Positions 1 to 10,949 of a DNA stretch of 64,000 nt are shown in pieces. Both the position numbers and the translations under genes were made by a program. How positions within the stretch are numbered: the first letter of the stretch is position 1; every line of letters begins with the position of its first letter. The notes under the pieces are model-generated. The model saw only the letters and a program-made list of their open reading frames with translations, searched no databases and had not been told where the DNA came from. The stretch comes from an uncultured delta proteobacterium (GTDB taxonomy: Bacteria; Desulfobacterota; Binatia; UBA9968): positions 448,001-512,000 of the forward strand of contig CAVSHR010000012.1 in assembly GCA_963727625.1 (NCBI GenBank). The letters are read 5' to 3'.

Positions 1-375
1 GCCAACTTCGCGGGCCACCCGCGCCAGGATCGGCGCGCCACCCGTGCCAGTGCCGCCTCCCATGCCCGCGGTGATGAAGATCATGTCGGAGCCTTCGAGA
101 TATTCTTTGATCTTCTCTTGATCTTCGAGGGCGGCGCGCCGGCCGATTTCCGGATTGGCCCCCGCGCCCAACCCTTTGGTCACCATGCCGCCGAGTTGAA
201 TCCGCACCGGGGCTTCGCTCGCTTCCAACGATTGCGCGTCGGTGTTCGCCACCATGAAGTCGACTCCCGACAACTTGGCGCCGATCATGGTATTGACCGC
301 GTTGCCGCCGCCCCCACCGATGCCGATGACCTTGATGCGCGCGGTCATGCTATTTTGTTCCACTATCTCAAACAT
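1..375 (-). CDS. ftsZ: Cell division protein FtsZ (5' part; runs off window)
   Basis: Manual translation from ATG 375: [31 protein letters not shown]...NTDAQSL...[27 protein letters not shown] at 382-390. Directly downstream of ftsA. Absent from the ORF track because it has no stop in the window. Confidence 0.98.
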   Translation of the reverse strand, partial: MFEIVEQNSMTARIKVIGIGGGGGNAVNTMIGAKLSGVDFMVANTDAQSLEASEAPVRIQLGGMVTKGLGAGANPEIGRRAALEDQEKIKEYLEGSDMIFITAGMGGGTGTGGAPILARVAREVG

Positions 376-419
376 AATTATTCCTCCTCCGGAAAAAGTC
401 GTTAAATTTGGTTATCCGA

Positions 420-1646
420 TCAAAAAAAATCGCTGAGCCAATCCGACATTCGATGCTTGACCTTAGAGAGAATCTTGTCGTCGCGGACACGATAAGTACC
501 GCGCTCGGCACGTTTCATGCCGTAGAGAACCAATCCGACGCCGGTGGCGTAGGTCGGGTTGCTAACGATATCGACCAAACCACCGACATGAGCGGGCACG
601 CCCAGTCGCACCGGCAAACCGAAACAACGCTCGGCCATTTCAACGGCGCCGGGCAAGAGCATCGACCCGCCGGTGACCACCAGTCCCGACGCCAAGGAGC
701 CTTCAAACCCCGTCTTGGCGATCTCTTTTTGGACCAGCTCGTAGATCTCGTCTAAACGCGGCTCGATGATTTCACAAAGAATTTGCCGGGAGACACTGTT
801 CGGGCCCTTGCCCGCCACTCCCGGCACATCGACTCGTTCATCGCCGTCCACCATCGACGCTTTAGCGTAGCCAAAGCGCTGCTTGATTCGTTCGGCATCG
901 TTGAACGGTGTGCGCAAGCCGGCCGCGATATCGTTGGTGACATGGTTGCCGCCGATGCCGATCACCCCGGTGTGTTTGACCGCGCCGTCGTGATAGACGG
1001 CAACGTCGGTGGTACCGCCGCCGATGTCGATGAGCGCGACGCCCAGTTCGCGCTCTTCGTCGGTCAGTACGGCTTCGGCCTCCGCCAAGGGCGCCAGGAC
1101 GATTTCGGCAACATTGAGACCGGTGCGGTTGCAGCACTTGACGATATTCTGTGTTGACGTCGCTGCGCCGGTGACGATGTGAACCTTCGCTTCGAGACGC
1201 ACGCCCGACATGCCCAAGGGCTCGCGGATGCCGTCCTGCTCGTCGATGATGTAATCTTGCGGCAAGACATGCAGCACGTCGCGATCCATCGGGATGGCCA
1301 CTGCCCGGGCCGCATCGATGACCCGATCCAGATCGCGCTGGGTAACTTCCTTGCTTTTGACCGCGACGATGCCATGGCTGTTAAAAGCCTTGATATGCCC
1401 TCCGGAAATGCTCGTGAACACGGTGTGAATCTCGCAGCCGGCCATCAGCCCGGCCTCTTCGACGGCGCGCTTGACCGAACTCACCGTGGCTTCGATGTTG
1501 ATCACCACGCCCTTGCGCAGCCCCTGCGAAGCGTGCGAGCCCACACCGATGATTTCGACGCCCTGCTCGGTCATCTCGCCGATCACGACGCAAACTTTTG
1601 TGGTTCCGATATCCAATCCGACTACGATGCTGCTTTTCTTCAACAT
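420..1646 (-). CDS. ftsA: Cell division protein FtsA
   Basis: GLDIGTTKV, GLRKGVVINIE, DIGGGTTD, GGNHVTNDIA. Start set at ATG 1646 (MLKKSS), since the longer ORF overlaps ftsQ. Confidence 0.97.
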   Translation of the reverse strand: MLKKSSIVVGLDIGTTKVCVVIGEMTEQGVEIIGVGSHASQGLRKGVVINIEATVSSVKRAVEEAGLMAGCEIHTVFTSISGGHIKAFNSHGIVAVKSKEVTQRDLDRVIDAARAVAIPMDRDVLHVLPQDYIIDEQDGIREPLGMSGVRLEAKVHIVTGAATSTQNIVKCCNRTGLNVAEIVLAPLAEAEAVLTDEERELGVALIDIGGGTTDVAVYHDGAVKHTGVIGIGGNHVTNDIAAGLRTPFNDAERIKQRFGYAKASMVDGDERVDVPGVAGKGPNSVSRQILCEIIEPRLDEIYELVQKEIAKTGFEGSLASGLVVTGGSMLLPGAVEMAERCFGLPVRLGVPAHVGGLVDIVSNPTYATGVGLVLYGMKRAERGTYRVRDDKILSKVKHRMSDWLSDFF

Positions 1647-1675
1647 GGCTCCGTCACAACTTCTCTCTTTGCTGC

Positions 1676-2491
1676 TTATCTTTGCGCTCCGCGTAAACGC
1701 GCGACCACTTGATCCCGAAAGCTCATATCCAAGGCGCCGAGGCGCTGTTCGTTGCCTTTCCACAGAGTGAGCAGACGCTCCATCCGGCTCAGCTTCTCGT
1801 TCCAATGGCCCCAGCCCATATGGAGGGCGATCGGATACTCGGTCGTATAGACCACTAGGCGGTCGGCCTTGGCGAAATGAATCTCCGAGAGCGAGTGCGA
1901 GCGCTGCACCATCATCTCGCCGAGACGAATCGCTTCCCGAATGCGTTTGCGCGTGGACGGGTCCGACGACATCAGCTGTTCGGCGCCCAGGCCGGTGAGC
2001 AAGGGAAATTGAACATTCTCCCCCGGGCTGACTTCCTTGAATACGACGCCGTCGGCGTCGACGTAGTAAAGCTTGCGCAGCGCCACGAGCGCCTTGGGCG
2101 TGCGTTCTTCGACGTCGATCACCACGCGCCGGGGAAATTCACGGCGCACGAGCACCCGGCGCACCCAGGGATGCTTGGCGATTTGTTTTTCAATTTTTGG
2201 CAGGTCGAGACTCCAGATGCTCATGCCACGGCGCAACCCAGCGAGGGCGACGATCTCGTTGCCGCTGACCTTGTCGCCACCGCGCACTTGAATTTCGCGC
2301 AGCGAGAAATAGGTATTTTCTACGACGAACTCGCGCAGGGAAAGCGCAGCCACCGCCAACGGCCCGCTGAGTCGATAAAGGAGCACAGCGGCAAACACCA
2401 GGCCCGCGGCGGTGCCGGCGCGCAACAAGCTGCGACGCCAGCGCCGCCGGTCCTTTTTTCGGTTATCCCTGCGGTAAACTTTTAATTGCAT
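1676..2491 (-). CDS. ftsQ: Cell division protein FtsQ/DivIB
   Basis: Basic N-terminus, one TM helix, POTRA-like HPWVRRVLVRREFP, C-terminal DMSFRDQVV. Position immediately before ftsA. Confidence 0.92.
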   Translation of the reverse strand: MQLKVYRRDNRKKDRRRWRRSLLRAGTAAGLVFAAVLLYRLSGPLAVAALSLREFVVENTYFSLREIQVRGGDKVSGNEIVALAGLRRGMSIWSLDLPKIEKQIAKHPWVRRVLVRREFPRRVVIDVEERTPKALVALRKLYYVDADGVVFKEVSPGENVQFPLLTGLGAEQLMSSDPSTRKRIREAIRLGEMMVQRSHSLSEIHFAKADRLVVYTTEYPIALHMGWGHWNEKLSRMERLLTLWKGNEQRLGALDMSFRDQVVARLRGAQR

Positions 2492-2501
2492 ATCGCCTTG
2501 C

Positions 2502-3443
2502 TCACTCAGCCGGCCACTCGCCGAAAAATTTTACTTCCGGCGTCAACTCGACGCCGAACTGGCGGCGCACTTCGGACTGCGCCCACGCCATTAATTGGCG
2601 CACCTCGCCCGCTCTGGCGCCGCCGAGGTTAACGATAAAATTGGCATGGCGCGGCGAGATTTGGCACTGACCGATGCGCTTGCCCTTGAGACCGGCGGCT
2701 TCGATGAGCCGCCCGGCGTAATCTCCCTGCGGATTACGAAACATCGAGCCGGAGTTGGGGAAGCCGGAAGGCTGGCTGCTTTTTCTTCTGCCGACGAGCT
2801 CGCGGAGTCGCGAGCCGGCGCTCGCCGCTTCGCCCTTTTGCAGGCCCATGACGACCCGCGTCACGACCGTGCCGGCTGGCAAATGCGAATCGCGGTAACT
2901 GAACGTCATTTCCTGCCGCGACAACCGCCATGGTTCTCCCTCCGGCGTCATCGCCTCGACGGCATCGACCACTTTTTCAAACTCCGAACCATAGGCGCCC
3001 GCGTTCATGTACAGAGCGCCGCCGACGCTGCCGGGAATTCCCTCGGCAAATTCCAAGCCCGTGTAACCTTTGCGCGCCGCTTCTCGGACTAATTGAGTCA
3101 CGGCGTAGGCCGCGCCCACACTCACGCGCACCGTGTCAGCTTCTTCAAGCCATTCCAGCCGCTTGAATTCACCGGTTAAACGAATCACCGCGCCGCGTAC
3201 GCCATGATCGCTGATCAACACATTGCTGCCGTTGCCAAGCAAGAAGTGACTTGCGTGACGGCGTTGAAGAAGCTGGAGCAGGCCCGCCAGCGCCGCCTCG
3301 CTGGCCGCTTCGATATAGTAATCTGCCGGCCCGCCGATCTTCATCGACGTGTAGCGTGCCAAGGGCTCGGCAGTCTTGACCGTGAGCCCGGCGATCAGGT
3401 TTAGCTCACCGATCAACGGCGTTTCCTCACTCGTTTGAGCCAT
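2502..3443 (-). CDS. murB: UDP-N-acetylenolpyruvoylglucosamine reductase
   Basis: YTSMKIGGPAD, LGNGSNVLISD, GIPGSVGGALYMNAGAYG, NSGSMFRNP, HANFIVN. Start uncertain (3443 or 3452). Confidence 0.96.
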   Translation of the reverse strand: MAQTSEETPLIGELNLIAGLTVKTAEPLARYTSMKIGGPADYYIEAASEAALAGLLQLLQRRHASHFLLGNGSNVLISDHGVRGAVIRLTGEFKRLEWLEEADTVRVSVGAAYAVTQLVREAARKGYTGLEFAEGIPGSVGGALYMNAGAYGSEFEKVVDAVEAMTPEGEPWRLSRQEMTFSYRDSHLPAGTVVTRVVMGLQKGEAASAGSRLRELVGRRKSSQPSGFPNSGSMFRNPQGDYAGRLIEAAGLKGKRIGQCQISPRHANFIVNLGGARAGEVRQLMAWAQSEVRRQFGVELTPEVKFFGEWPAE

Positions 3444-3463
3444 CGCAAACATCGCAAAAGGTT

Positions 3464-3530
3464 TGGAGTCATGGAGTGATGGAGTGTTGAAACTCCGCGC
3501 CCCACCCATCATTTCACTCCAGCGCTCCAT
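3464..3530. repeat. Short palindromic intergenic repeat (tandem TGGAGTnn units with complementary (A/G)CTCCA units)
   Basis: TGGAGTCA-TGGAGTGA-TGGAGTGT (3464-3487), followed by CACTCCAGCGCTCCAT (3515-3530), between murC and murB. Confidence 0.6.
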
Positions 3531-3542
3531 CCCGGCCGCTTT

Positions 3543-4913
3543 TCATTGGAGCGCCTCGACCAGCGCTTCACCCACTTTGTAAATGTCGCCCGCACCGAGG
3601 GTTAACACGACCTCGCCGCTTTCAAGCCCGCTGGCAAGTTGCCCGGCGATGGCGTCTTTGTCGGGCATGAATTCGACGTCCAGATGTCCCTTGCGCTTGA
3701 TCGCCTGGTAGAGCGCCTCGCCGTTGGCGCCGGCGATCGGATCTTCTCCGGCGGCGTAAATTTCCGTTAGGATCAGCCGATCCGCGCCTTCGAAGGCGGT
3801 TAAAAATTCATCGAACAAGTCTCGGGTCCGGGTGAAGCGGTGCGGCTGGAAGATCACTGTCAATGGCCGTTTCCAGCTGTCGCGGATGGCGCTGATGGTG
3901 GCGCGGATTTCCGTCGGATGATGACCGTAGTCGTCGATCACCAAAATTCCCCTGGGCTCGCCCTTGACTTCGAAGCGGCGATGAATGCCGGTGAACGCGC
4001 CGAGGGCTTCGGCCGCCTGCTTGAAGGGAATTTCCAATTCGTGGGCAACCGCCACCACCGCTAACGCGTTCGTCGCGCTGTGCCGCCCCGGCAGATTGAG
4101 GCGCAGTTTGCCCAGAGTTTTGCCCCGGTGCGTAACCGTGCATTCGACGCCGACGGCCGCGGTATTCAAGTCATGCGCCGAAAAATCCGCCTCCGACGAC
4201 AAACCATAGGTCGTGAAGCGTTTGCGCACCTTGGGCAACAGTCCGTGCACGCGCGGATCATCGAGGCAGAGCACGGCAAGACCGTAAAACGGAATCTTGT
4301 TAATGAAAGCGAGAAAGCTCTCGTCGAGCCGTTCCATGGTCTGATGGAAATCCATGTGCTCCTTATCGATATTGGTGACCACGGCGATGATCGGCGATAA
4401 GAGCAAAAAGCTGCCGTCGCTTTCATCAGCCTCCGCGACCAGTATTTCGCCCTGTCCCTTTCTGGCGTTGGCGCCGAACATATGCACCCGGCCGCCGATG
4501 ACCATCGTCGGATCGAGCCCCGCCGTGCTGAGCACCGCGGCGATCATCGACGTGGTCGTGGTCTTGCCATGGCTGCCGGCCACCGAGATGCCCTGTTTCA
4601 TACGCATCAACTCGGCGAGCATTTCAGCGCGCGGGATTACCGGAATATGCCGGCGGCGCGCTTCGAGCACTTCCGGGTTGGAGTATTTGACCGCCGTGGA
4701 AATCACGACCACCGAGGGTTCGCCGGCCAGATTTTCCTCCTGATGGCCGACATAGACGCGCGCGCCGAGCGCGCGCAGGCGCCGCGTCGCCTCGCTTTCC
4801 TGGAGATCGGAGCCGCTCACCACGTAGCCCGAATTGAGCAAGACTTCGGCAATTCCGCTCATGCCGATGCCGCCGATGCCGACGAAATGAATTTTATGCT
4901 TCTTTTGCAACAT
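3543..4913 (-). CDS. murC: UDP-N-acetylmuramate--L-alanine ligase
   Basis: HFVGIGGIGMSGIA, GSHGKTTTTS, EADESDGSF, DDYGHHPTE, FQPHRFTRT. Confidence 0.98.
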   Translation of the reverse strand: MLQKKHKIHFVGIGGIGMSGIAEVLLNSGYVVSGSDLQESEATRRLRALGARVYVGHQEENLAGEPSVVVISTAVKYSNPEVLEARRRHIPVIPRAEMLAELMRMKQGISVAGSHGKTTTTSMIAAVLSTAGLDPTMVIGGRVHMFGANARKGQGEILVAEADESDGSFLLLSPIIAVVTNIDKEHMDFHQTMERLDESFLAFINKIPFYGLAVLCLDDPRVHGLLPKVRKRFTTYGLSSEADFSAHDLNTAAVGVECTVTHRGKTLGKLRLNLPGRHSATNALAVVAVAHELEIPFKQAAEALGAFTGIHRRFEVKGEPRGILVIDDYGHHPTEIRATISAIRDSWKRPLTVIFQPHRFTRTRDLFDEFLTAFEGADRLILTEIYAAGEDPIAGANGEALYQAIKRKGHLDVEFMPDKDAIAGQLASGLESGEVVLTLGAGDIYKVGEALVEALQ

Positions 4914-4937
4914 GAAACTTCAGTCACGGCTCGATCG

Positions 4938-6005
4938 CTAGGTCCGCGCCAACCCATAACACTCATCGACGATACGCGCCGCCGCATCGGGGCGTCCGAG
5001 AGCGCGCGCCGCCGCCGCCATTTTTTTGATCCGCTCGCGATCTGCGAGATAGCCGCGGATCTTTTGCGCCAAAATTTGCCCGTTCAATTCCTGGTCCAAA
5101 ATCATTTCCGCCGCGCCCTGCTCCTGCAGCGCCTCGGCATTGCCACGCTGATGGTCGTAAATAGCGTAGGGGTAGGGCACCAGAATCGCCGCCTTACCAA
5201 ACCCGGTGAGCTCCGCAACCGTCGTCGCGCCGGCGCGGCAAAGCACCAAATCCGCCTGCGCGTAGGCCTCGTCCATGGCGTCGATAAACGGGGTCACCGC
5301 CGCCTCGAAGGGCAATTCCCGGTAAGCTTTTTCGATCGCCGCATAATCCAGCGCGCCGGTCTGATGGGTGATAAACAAGTCGGCTTTGAGATCGCTTAAC
5401 TGCTTGAGCGCTTCCACGACTGCGTAGTTGACGCGCCGCGCGCCCGCGCTTCCGCCGAAAATCAAAAGAGAAAATTTTCTCCGCTTGGCCGTTTCGGGAA
5501 GTCTTTGCCAACGCACCGGGTTGCCGGTCTCGATCACGCGCGCGCCTGGAAAAAACTCGGCGCTGCGCGCATAGGCGGTGAACACCCGAGCCACCCAGCG
5601 GCCTAAAAGCTTATTGGTAAATCCGGGGCGAAGATTTTGTTCCATGATTGCGCAGTGAACGCCGAATAATTTCGCCGCCAGCAGCACCGGACCGGAAGCA
5701 TAGCCGCCGAGGCCGATGACGCAATGCGGGCGAAAAGTTTTGATGATCGCCAACGATCGCAACAAACTTGCCGGTACGCCATAGATCGCGTCGAGCCATC
5801 CGCGCAGACCTCGTCCTTTTATTCCTTTAACCGCCAAAGTTTCCAGTTTGAATCCTTCCCTCGGTAACACGCGAAACTCGATTCCCTGTGCTGTGCCGAC
5901 GAACAAGATTTCCGTGGTTGCGTCGCGCCGCTGAAATTCCCGCGCCACCGCCAGCCCGGGGAAGAGATGACCGCCCGTTCCCCCACCGGCGAGAATCACC
6001 CGCAT
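4938..6005 (-). CDS. murG: Undecaprenyl-PP-MurNAc-pentapeptide GlcNAc transferase
   Basis: AGGGTGGHLFP, GGYASGP, GNPVR, GGSAGA, RAGATTVAE, HQRGNA. Confidence 0.98.
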   Translation of the reverse strand: MRVILAGGGTGGHLFPGLAVAREFQRRDATTEILFVGTAQGIEFRVLPREGFKLETLAVKGIKGRGLRGWLDAIYGVPASLLRSLAIIKTFRPHCVIGLGGYASGPVLLAAKLFGVHCAIMEQNLRPGFTNKLLGRWVARVFTAYARSAEFFPGARVIETGNPVRWQRLPETAKRRKFSLLIFGGSAGARRVNYAVVEALKQLSDLKADLFITHQTGALDYAAIEKAYRELPFEAAVTPFIDAMDEAYAQADLVLCRAGATTVAELTGFGKAAILVPYPYAIYDHQRGNAEALQEQGAAEMILDQELNGQILAQKIRGYLADRERIKKMAAAARALGRPDAAARIVDECYGLART

Positions 6006-6006
6006 C

Positions 6007-7101
6007 CTAGAGTCTCCGCCGCGAGAGACCCAATAAAATTCCCGCCTCCATCAAGTTGATCACCATCGCCGAACCACCGTAGCTGATAAACGGCAAAACC
6101 AACCCCTTCGTCGGCATCAGCCCCATCACCACGCCCATGTGAATCAATGCCTGCAGGCCGAGCAGCACCGTCAGGCCGAAGGCTAAATACTGATCGAAAG
6201 GTTCTTCGATTTTTGCGGTTAATTGAAGGCCGCGCACGATGATCACGCCGAACAGGGCCAGCACCGCCAACGCGCCCACCAAGCCGAGTTCTTCGCCGAT
6301 CACCGAATAGATAAAGTCGGTGTGGGCCTCGGGCAGATACAAGAGCTTCTGCCGGCTTTCGCCAAGACCACGACCCAACCATTGGCCCGAGCCGAACGCG
6401 ATCAACGATTGGATGACGTGAAAGCCGCTGCCCGTCGGATCGCTCCAGGGATCTAAAAAAGACAGCAGACGGCGCAAACGATACTCGGCCGTCGTCATGA
6501 CGTAGACCAACGCCGGTACAGCTAACAGCGCGGTGCCGAACAGATGGCGCATTCGCACGCCGCCAATGAAGAGCATGAAATAGAGCAGCATGGTCAAGAT
6601 CAGCGCGGTGCCGAAGTCCGGTTCCAACAGAAGCAGGCCGGCGAACGCGCCGCTGACGATGAGATGGGGCAAGACGCCGACGGCAAAAGTTCGAATCAAT
6701 TCTTCCTTCTTCGCCATGGAGTGAGCCAGATACACGACGATCGCCAGCTTAGCCAGCTCGGAAGGCTGAAACCCGAAGCCCGGAAACATGATCCAGCGTC
6801 GCGCGCCACCGCGGCTCACGCCGATGCCCGGGATCAAGACCATGACAAGAGTGATGAAAGTTGCGGCCAACAACGGATAGGAAAATCGCCGATAAAGCGC
6901 GGTCGGCGCCAACGAGCAGGCGACCAGCACGATCACGCCGGCACCCATGGCGAGCAATTGCTTGCGGAAAAAATAGGTGCCGTCGCCGTAACGCTCCTGG
7001 GAGTGCAAATAGCTGGTGCTCAGCACCATCGTCATCCCCAGCGCCAGCAGCGCAGCCACCGCAAGCAGCATCCACTTATCGACTGCCAGACCGTCTTTCA
7101 T
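6007..7101 (-). CDS. ftsW: SEDS peptidoglycan glycosyltransferase FtsW
   Basis: GARRWI, FQPSELAK, LPEAHTDFI, GEELG, PFISYGGS. Lies between murD and murG. Confidence 0.97.
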   Translation of the reverse strand: MKDGLAVDKWMLLAVAALLALGMTMVLSTSYLHSQERYGDGTYFFRKQLLAMGAGVIVLVACSLAPTALYRRFSYPLLAATFITLVMVLIPGIGVSRGGARRWIMFPGFGFQPSELAKLAIVVYLAHSMAKKEELIRTFAVGVLPHLIVSGAFAGLLLLEPDFGTALILTMLLYFMLFIGGVRMRHLFGTALLAVPALVYVMTTAEYRLRRLLSFLDPWSDPTGSGFHVIQSLIAFGSGQWLGRGLGESRQKLLYLPEAHTDFIYSVIGEELGLVGALAVLALFGVIIVRGLQLTAKIEEPFDQYLAFGLTVLLGLQALIHMGVVMGLMPTKGLVLPFISYGGSAMVINLMEAGILLGLSRRRL

Positions 7102-8432
7102 AGTTCCTGCGCCAAATCTTTGAAAACTTTGCCGCGCGCGGCGTAGTTGCGAAACTGGTCGAAGCTCGAACAGGCCGGCGAGAGCAGCACCACGTCGCCG
7201 GCGCGCGCATGCGCCGCCGCGTCGTTCACCGCCGCTCGCAGGTCTTCGACCACCGCCGTTTCAGTGAGCCCGCCCAGGGCGCCCGCGATGATTTCTTTCG
7301 CGGCGCCGAACAGCACCAGGCGGCGCACTTTTTGTCTGATCCCTTGCGCCAGAGGCGCGTAATCGCCGCCCTTGTCCACGCCCCCGGCCAACAAAATCAC
7401 CGGCCCGGGAAAGCTCGCCAGTGATTTCACCACCGCGCCGACGTTGGTGCCCTTGGAATCGTTGTAGTAGCGCACGCCGTCTTTCTCCCGGACGAATTCA
7501 AGCCGGTGCTCGAGCCCGGGAAAGCTCGTCAGAACCTCTTCAATAGGGTCGGCGGCCACGCCGGCGCATTTGGCCGCCGCGATCGCCGCCATCATGTTTT
7601 CCAAGTTATGCACGCCATGAATTTTCACGCGCTCAAGCGAAAAACGCTCCTCAACTTTACCGTCACGCCAAACGATCTCGCCGCCGGCCGCGAACACGCC
7701 CACTGGCACTTCGGAAAAGCCGAAAGAGACTACCCGCGAGCGGACTCGCTCGCGGAGCGCCCAGACCAGCGGATCGTCGCGATTCAGGACCGCGACATCC
7801 TCGCCATCCTGCGCCGCGAAAATCCGCTCTTTGACAGCGCAGTAATCGGCGAAACTCGAGTACCGGTCCAAGTGGTCCTCGGTCAAATTGAGCAGCACGG
7901 CAATGCGCGGGTGGAACTCGGCGATCCACTCGAGCTGAAAACTGCTGATCTCGACCACACCCCAATCCCACTCCCGTCCCAGCGAACCCACGAAGGGCGT
8001 GCCCAAATTGCCGCCGAGAAAAACTTTTTGGCCGCCCGCTTTAATCATCTCGCCGATCAAGGTGGTCGTAGTGCTTTTGCCGTTGGTGCCGGTAATCGCC
8101 GCCAGCGGCGCGCCGAAAAAGCGATAGGCCAGCTCGATCTCGCTCAACACCGCAACGTTGCGCGCGCCCGCCTGCTTGAGCAGCAGATTCTCCCGCGGCA
8201 CCCCGGGGCTTGGCACGACATAGTCGACGCCGTCGAGCCAGGCCGGATCTTCGCCGCCCAGACGGTAGCCGACGTCAAGCCCGGCGAGAGCTTCGATCTC
8301 CGCCTTGAGCTCGGCTTCTCCACGCAGATCGCTAATCAACACCCGCGCGCCTCGTTGGGCCAAAAAGCCGGCGCACTCCCTGCCGGTGCGCGCCAGCCCG
8401 ATCACCAAAAACTTTTTGCCTGCAAGCTCCAT
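7098..8432 (-). CDS. murD: UDP-MurNAc-L-Ala--D-glutamate ligase
   Basis: PSPGVP, TGTNGKSTTT, EISSFQL, DHLDRY, NDSKGTN, LSPACSSFDQF. Confidence 0.98.
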   Translation of the reverse strand: MELAGKKFLVIGLARTGRECAGFLAQRGARVLISDLRGEAELKAEIEALAGLDVGYRLGGEDPAWLDGVDYVVPSPGVPRENLLLKQAGARNVAVLSEIELAYRFFGAPLAAITGTNGKSTTTTLIGEMIKAGGQKVFLGGNLGTPFVGSLGREWDWGVVEISSFQLEWIAEFHPRIAVLLNLTEDHLDRYSSFADYCAVKERIFAAQDGEDVAVLNRDDPLVWALRERVRSRVVSFGFSEVPVGVFAAGGEIVWRDGKVEERFSLERVKIHGVHNLENMMAAIAAAKCAGVAADPIEEVLTSFPGLEHRLEFVREKDGVRYYNDSKGTNVGAVVKSLASFPGPVILLAGGVDKGGDYAPLAQGIRQKVRRLVLFGAAKEIIAGALGGLTETAVVEDLRAAVNDAAAHARAGDVVLLSPACSSFDQFRNYAARGKVFKDLAQEL

Positions 8433-8447
8433 CGATCATCGGCAACT

Positions 8448-9524
8448 TCATCTAAGCTTCAAGGTGCTCAAGCCAACCACCGCGCAAATAAACGAAATGA
8501 TCCAGAAGCGCACGATGATCTGGGGCTCCTTCCAGCCCTTGAGTTCATAATGATGATGAATCGGCGCCATGAGAAAAACTCGTTTGCGCCGGACTTTGTA
8601 CGACACGACCTGAAAAATCACCGACATCGCTTCCATGACGAATACGCCGCCGACGATGATTAAAAGAATTTCATTTTTCGTCATCACCGCAACCACTCCG
8701 AGCGCCGCGCCCAGAGACAGCGAGCCCACGTCACCCATGAACATCTGCGCCGGATAGGCGTTGTACCAGAGGAAACCCAAACCGGCGGCCACCACCGACG
8801 CGCAAAATACGCTGAGCTCGCCAACACCGGCCACGTAAGGAATTTGCAAATATTCGGCGAGCTTTAAATGACCGGTAACATAGGCGATCACGGCGTAAGT
8901 ACCGGCGGCAATCATCACCGGGCCGATCGCCAGACCGTCCAAGCCGTCGGTTAGATTCACCGCGTTGGACGTGCAGACGATCACCAACATCGCGAAGGGA
9001 ACGTAGAAAATCCCGAGGTCGAGACGAAATGTCTTGATGAACGGCACGGCAATTTCGGTACTGAAGCGCGGCTGGAAATAAAGCGCCACGGCAACCACCA
9101 ACGCGACCACCAATTGGCCGAGCAACTTGCCGCGAGGCGAAAGCCCCTTGCTGTTTTTGCGCGTCAACTTCAAGTAGTCGTCGGCAAATCCGACCACACC
9201 CGTGCCTACGGTAGCCACGAGCGCGAGCAAGACGTAACGATTGGCGATATCGGCCATCATCAGCGTCGACAACAATAGTGCCAGAATAATCAGTGCGCCG
9301 CCCATGGTCGGCGTGCCGGCCTTGACCGCGTGCGATGCTGGACCGTCGTCGCGGATCTGCTGGCCGATCTGTTTTTGCGTCAAGGTGCGGATCAACCACG
9401 GCCCGAGCAAAAACGAGATGAGCAGGGCGAGCAACGCCGCCATCGCGGCGCGAAAAGTGATGTAGCGAAAGACGTTGAATCCGGAGTACGTCATCGACAG
9501 TGGAAACGAGAGGTAATAAAGCAA
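8448..9524 (-). CDS. mraY: Phospho-N-acetylmuramoyl-pentapeptide transferase
   Basis: [43 protein letters not shown] at 9524 is best spaced from AGGAG (the ORF track starts at 9530). Confidence 0.97.
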   Translation of the reverse strand: MLYYLSFPLSMTYSGFNVFRYITFRAAMAALLALLISFLLGPWLIRTLTQKQIGQQIRDDGPASHAVKAGTPTMGGALIILALLLSTLMMADIANRYVLLALVATVGTGVVGFADDYLKLTRKNSKGLSPRGKLLGQLVVALVVAVALYFQPRFSTEIAVPFIKTFRLDLGIFYVPFAMLVIVCTSNAVNLTDGLDGLAIGPVMIAAGTYAVIAYVTGHLKLAEYLQIPYVAGVGELSVFCASVVAAGLGFLWYNAYPAQMFMGDVGSLSLGAALGVVAVMTKNEILLIIVGGVFVMEAMSVIFQVVSYKVRRKRVFLMAPIHHHYELKGWKEPQIIVRFWIISFICAVVGLSTLKLR

Positions 9525-9534
9525 GTCCAAACTC

Positions 9535-10938
9535 CTATGCCCTTCCGCGTTTCAGCGCCTCTAAAACTCGCTCCATTTTCATACCGCGGGAACCTTTGAA
9601 GAGCAGCCAATCACCCGGGCGCAAATGCTCGCGCAGTTTGCCGCCAAGGTCGCCGGGATCCTTGCCGATAATAATTTTCGCCGGCTCCATGCCACCAGCG
9701 CGCGCGCCCTTGCCGACCAACGCCGCTTGAGCGCCGAGAAGATATAGACCATCGAGCGCCGCGCTGGCCGCGGCTTTTCCCAACGCGCGATGCTCGCTGT
9801 CGCTGTGCCGGCCAAGCTCGAACATGTCGCCGAGCACGGCGATGCGTTTGCCGCGGCATTGAACTTCGACCAGGGTTTGCAACGCCGCTTTCATCGAAGC
9901 CGGATTGGCGTTGTAAGCGTCGTTGATGATGCCGATGCCGTTCCACTCTTCGATCTGCATGCGCATCGAAAACGGCTTTGCCTTGCCTAGACCGCGGCGA
10001 ACGGCGGACAGTGTTACGCCGGCGCCCAGCGCCAGCGCTGCCGCGCCTAGAGCGTTGGCAACGTTGTGCTGGCCGATGTAATTGAGCCGGACTTTGCAGC
10101 GTTCGGCACCGGCTTGCAGGATAAATTCCAGCCTGCCCTTGCCGCTCATGCGCCATGAGCGCGTTCGTAGCCGGCCGCGTTCGCCGTAGGTGATTTTTTT
10201 TCCTTTGAACTTGGCCGCAAGCTTTTTGACTCGCGGGTCGTCGACGTTGACGGCGATCATCCCGCCTGAGCGAATGTTTTGGTACAGCGCGCCCTTTTCC
10301 CGAGCGACGCCGGCCAAGCTATTCAGCCCCTCGAGATGGGCGGCGGCGACGGAGGTAATGATGCCGCAGTCCGGATCAGCGATCTCCGCCAAGCGGCGGA
10401 TTTCGCCGGGGCGGTTCGTGCCAAGTTCGACCACGGCGAATTTGTGCCGTTTGCGCAGGCGCAAGAGAGTCAAAGGCAGGCCGACGAGATTATTGAAATT
10501 CCCCTCGGTCTTTAGTACTCGGCCGCGCAAGCGCGCGCCGCCGAGCACAGCCTCTTCGAGAATCGCCGCAACCATTTCTTTCGTCGTGGTCTTGCCGTTG
10601 GAGCCGGTGATCGCCAAGACTTTCGGCCCAAGCTGCTCGCGGCGAAAGTGGGCGAGATCGCCCAACGCCGTCAGCGTATCGCGCACTTTGACGACGGTCG
10701 CGCACCCGTAATTTAATCGAGAAGCCGCCCGATGAGCGATGATGCAGGCGGCGCCGCTCCGCAGTGCGTCGCCGATGAAGCGATGACCGTCGTGGCGCTC
10801 GCCCTTCAAGGCGACGAACACCGAGCCAGCTCTAACCTTAGTCGAGTCGGTCACAACTTCCCCGAACTGTTTGGGTCTGCTATCACGCCAGAGCTTGCCG
10901 CCCGTCGCTGCGAGAATTTCCGCTTTGCTCCATCCCAT
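9535..10938 (-). CDS. murF: UDP-MurNAc-tripeptide--D-Ala-D-Ala ligase
   Basis: [45 protein letters not shown]. Confidence 0.97.
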   Translation of the reverse strand: MGWSKAEILAATGGKLWRDSRPKQFGEVVTDSTKVRAGSVFVALKGERHDGHRFIGDALRSGAACIIAHRAASRLNYGCATVVKVRDTLTALGDLAHFRREQLGPKVLAITGSNGKTTTKEMVAAILEEAVLGGARLRGRVLKTEGNFNNLVGLPLTLLRLRKRHKFAVVELGTNRPGEIRRLAEIADPDCGIITSVAAAHLEGLNSLAGVAREKGALYQNIRSGGMIAVNVDDPRVKKLAAKFKGKKITYGERGRLRTRSWRMSGKGRLEFILQAGAERCKVRLNYIGQHNVANALGAAALALGAGVTLSAVRRGLGKAKPFSMRMQIEEWNGIGIINDAYNANPASMKAALQTLVEVQCRGKRIAVLGDMFELGRHSDSEHRALGKAAASAALDGLYLLGAQAALVGKGARAGGMEPAKIIIGKDPGDLGGKLREHLRPGDWLLFKGSRGMKMERVLEALKRGRA

Positions 10939-10949
10939 CCCTCGCCCGC

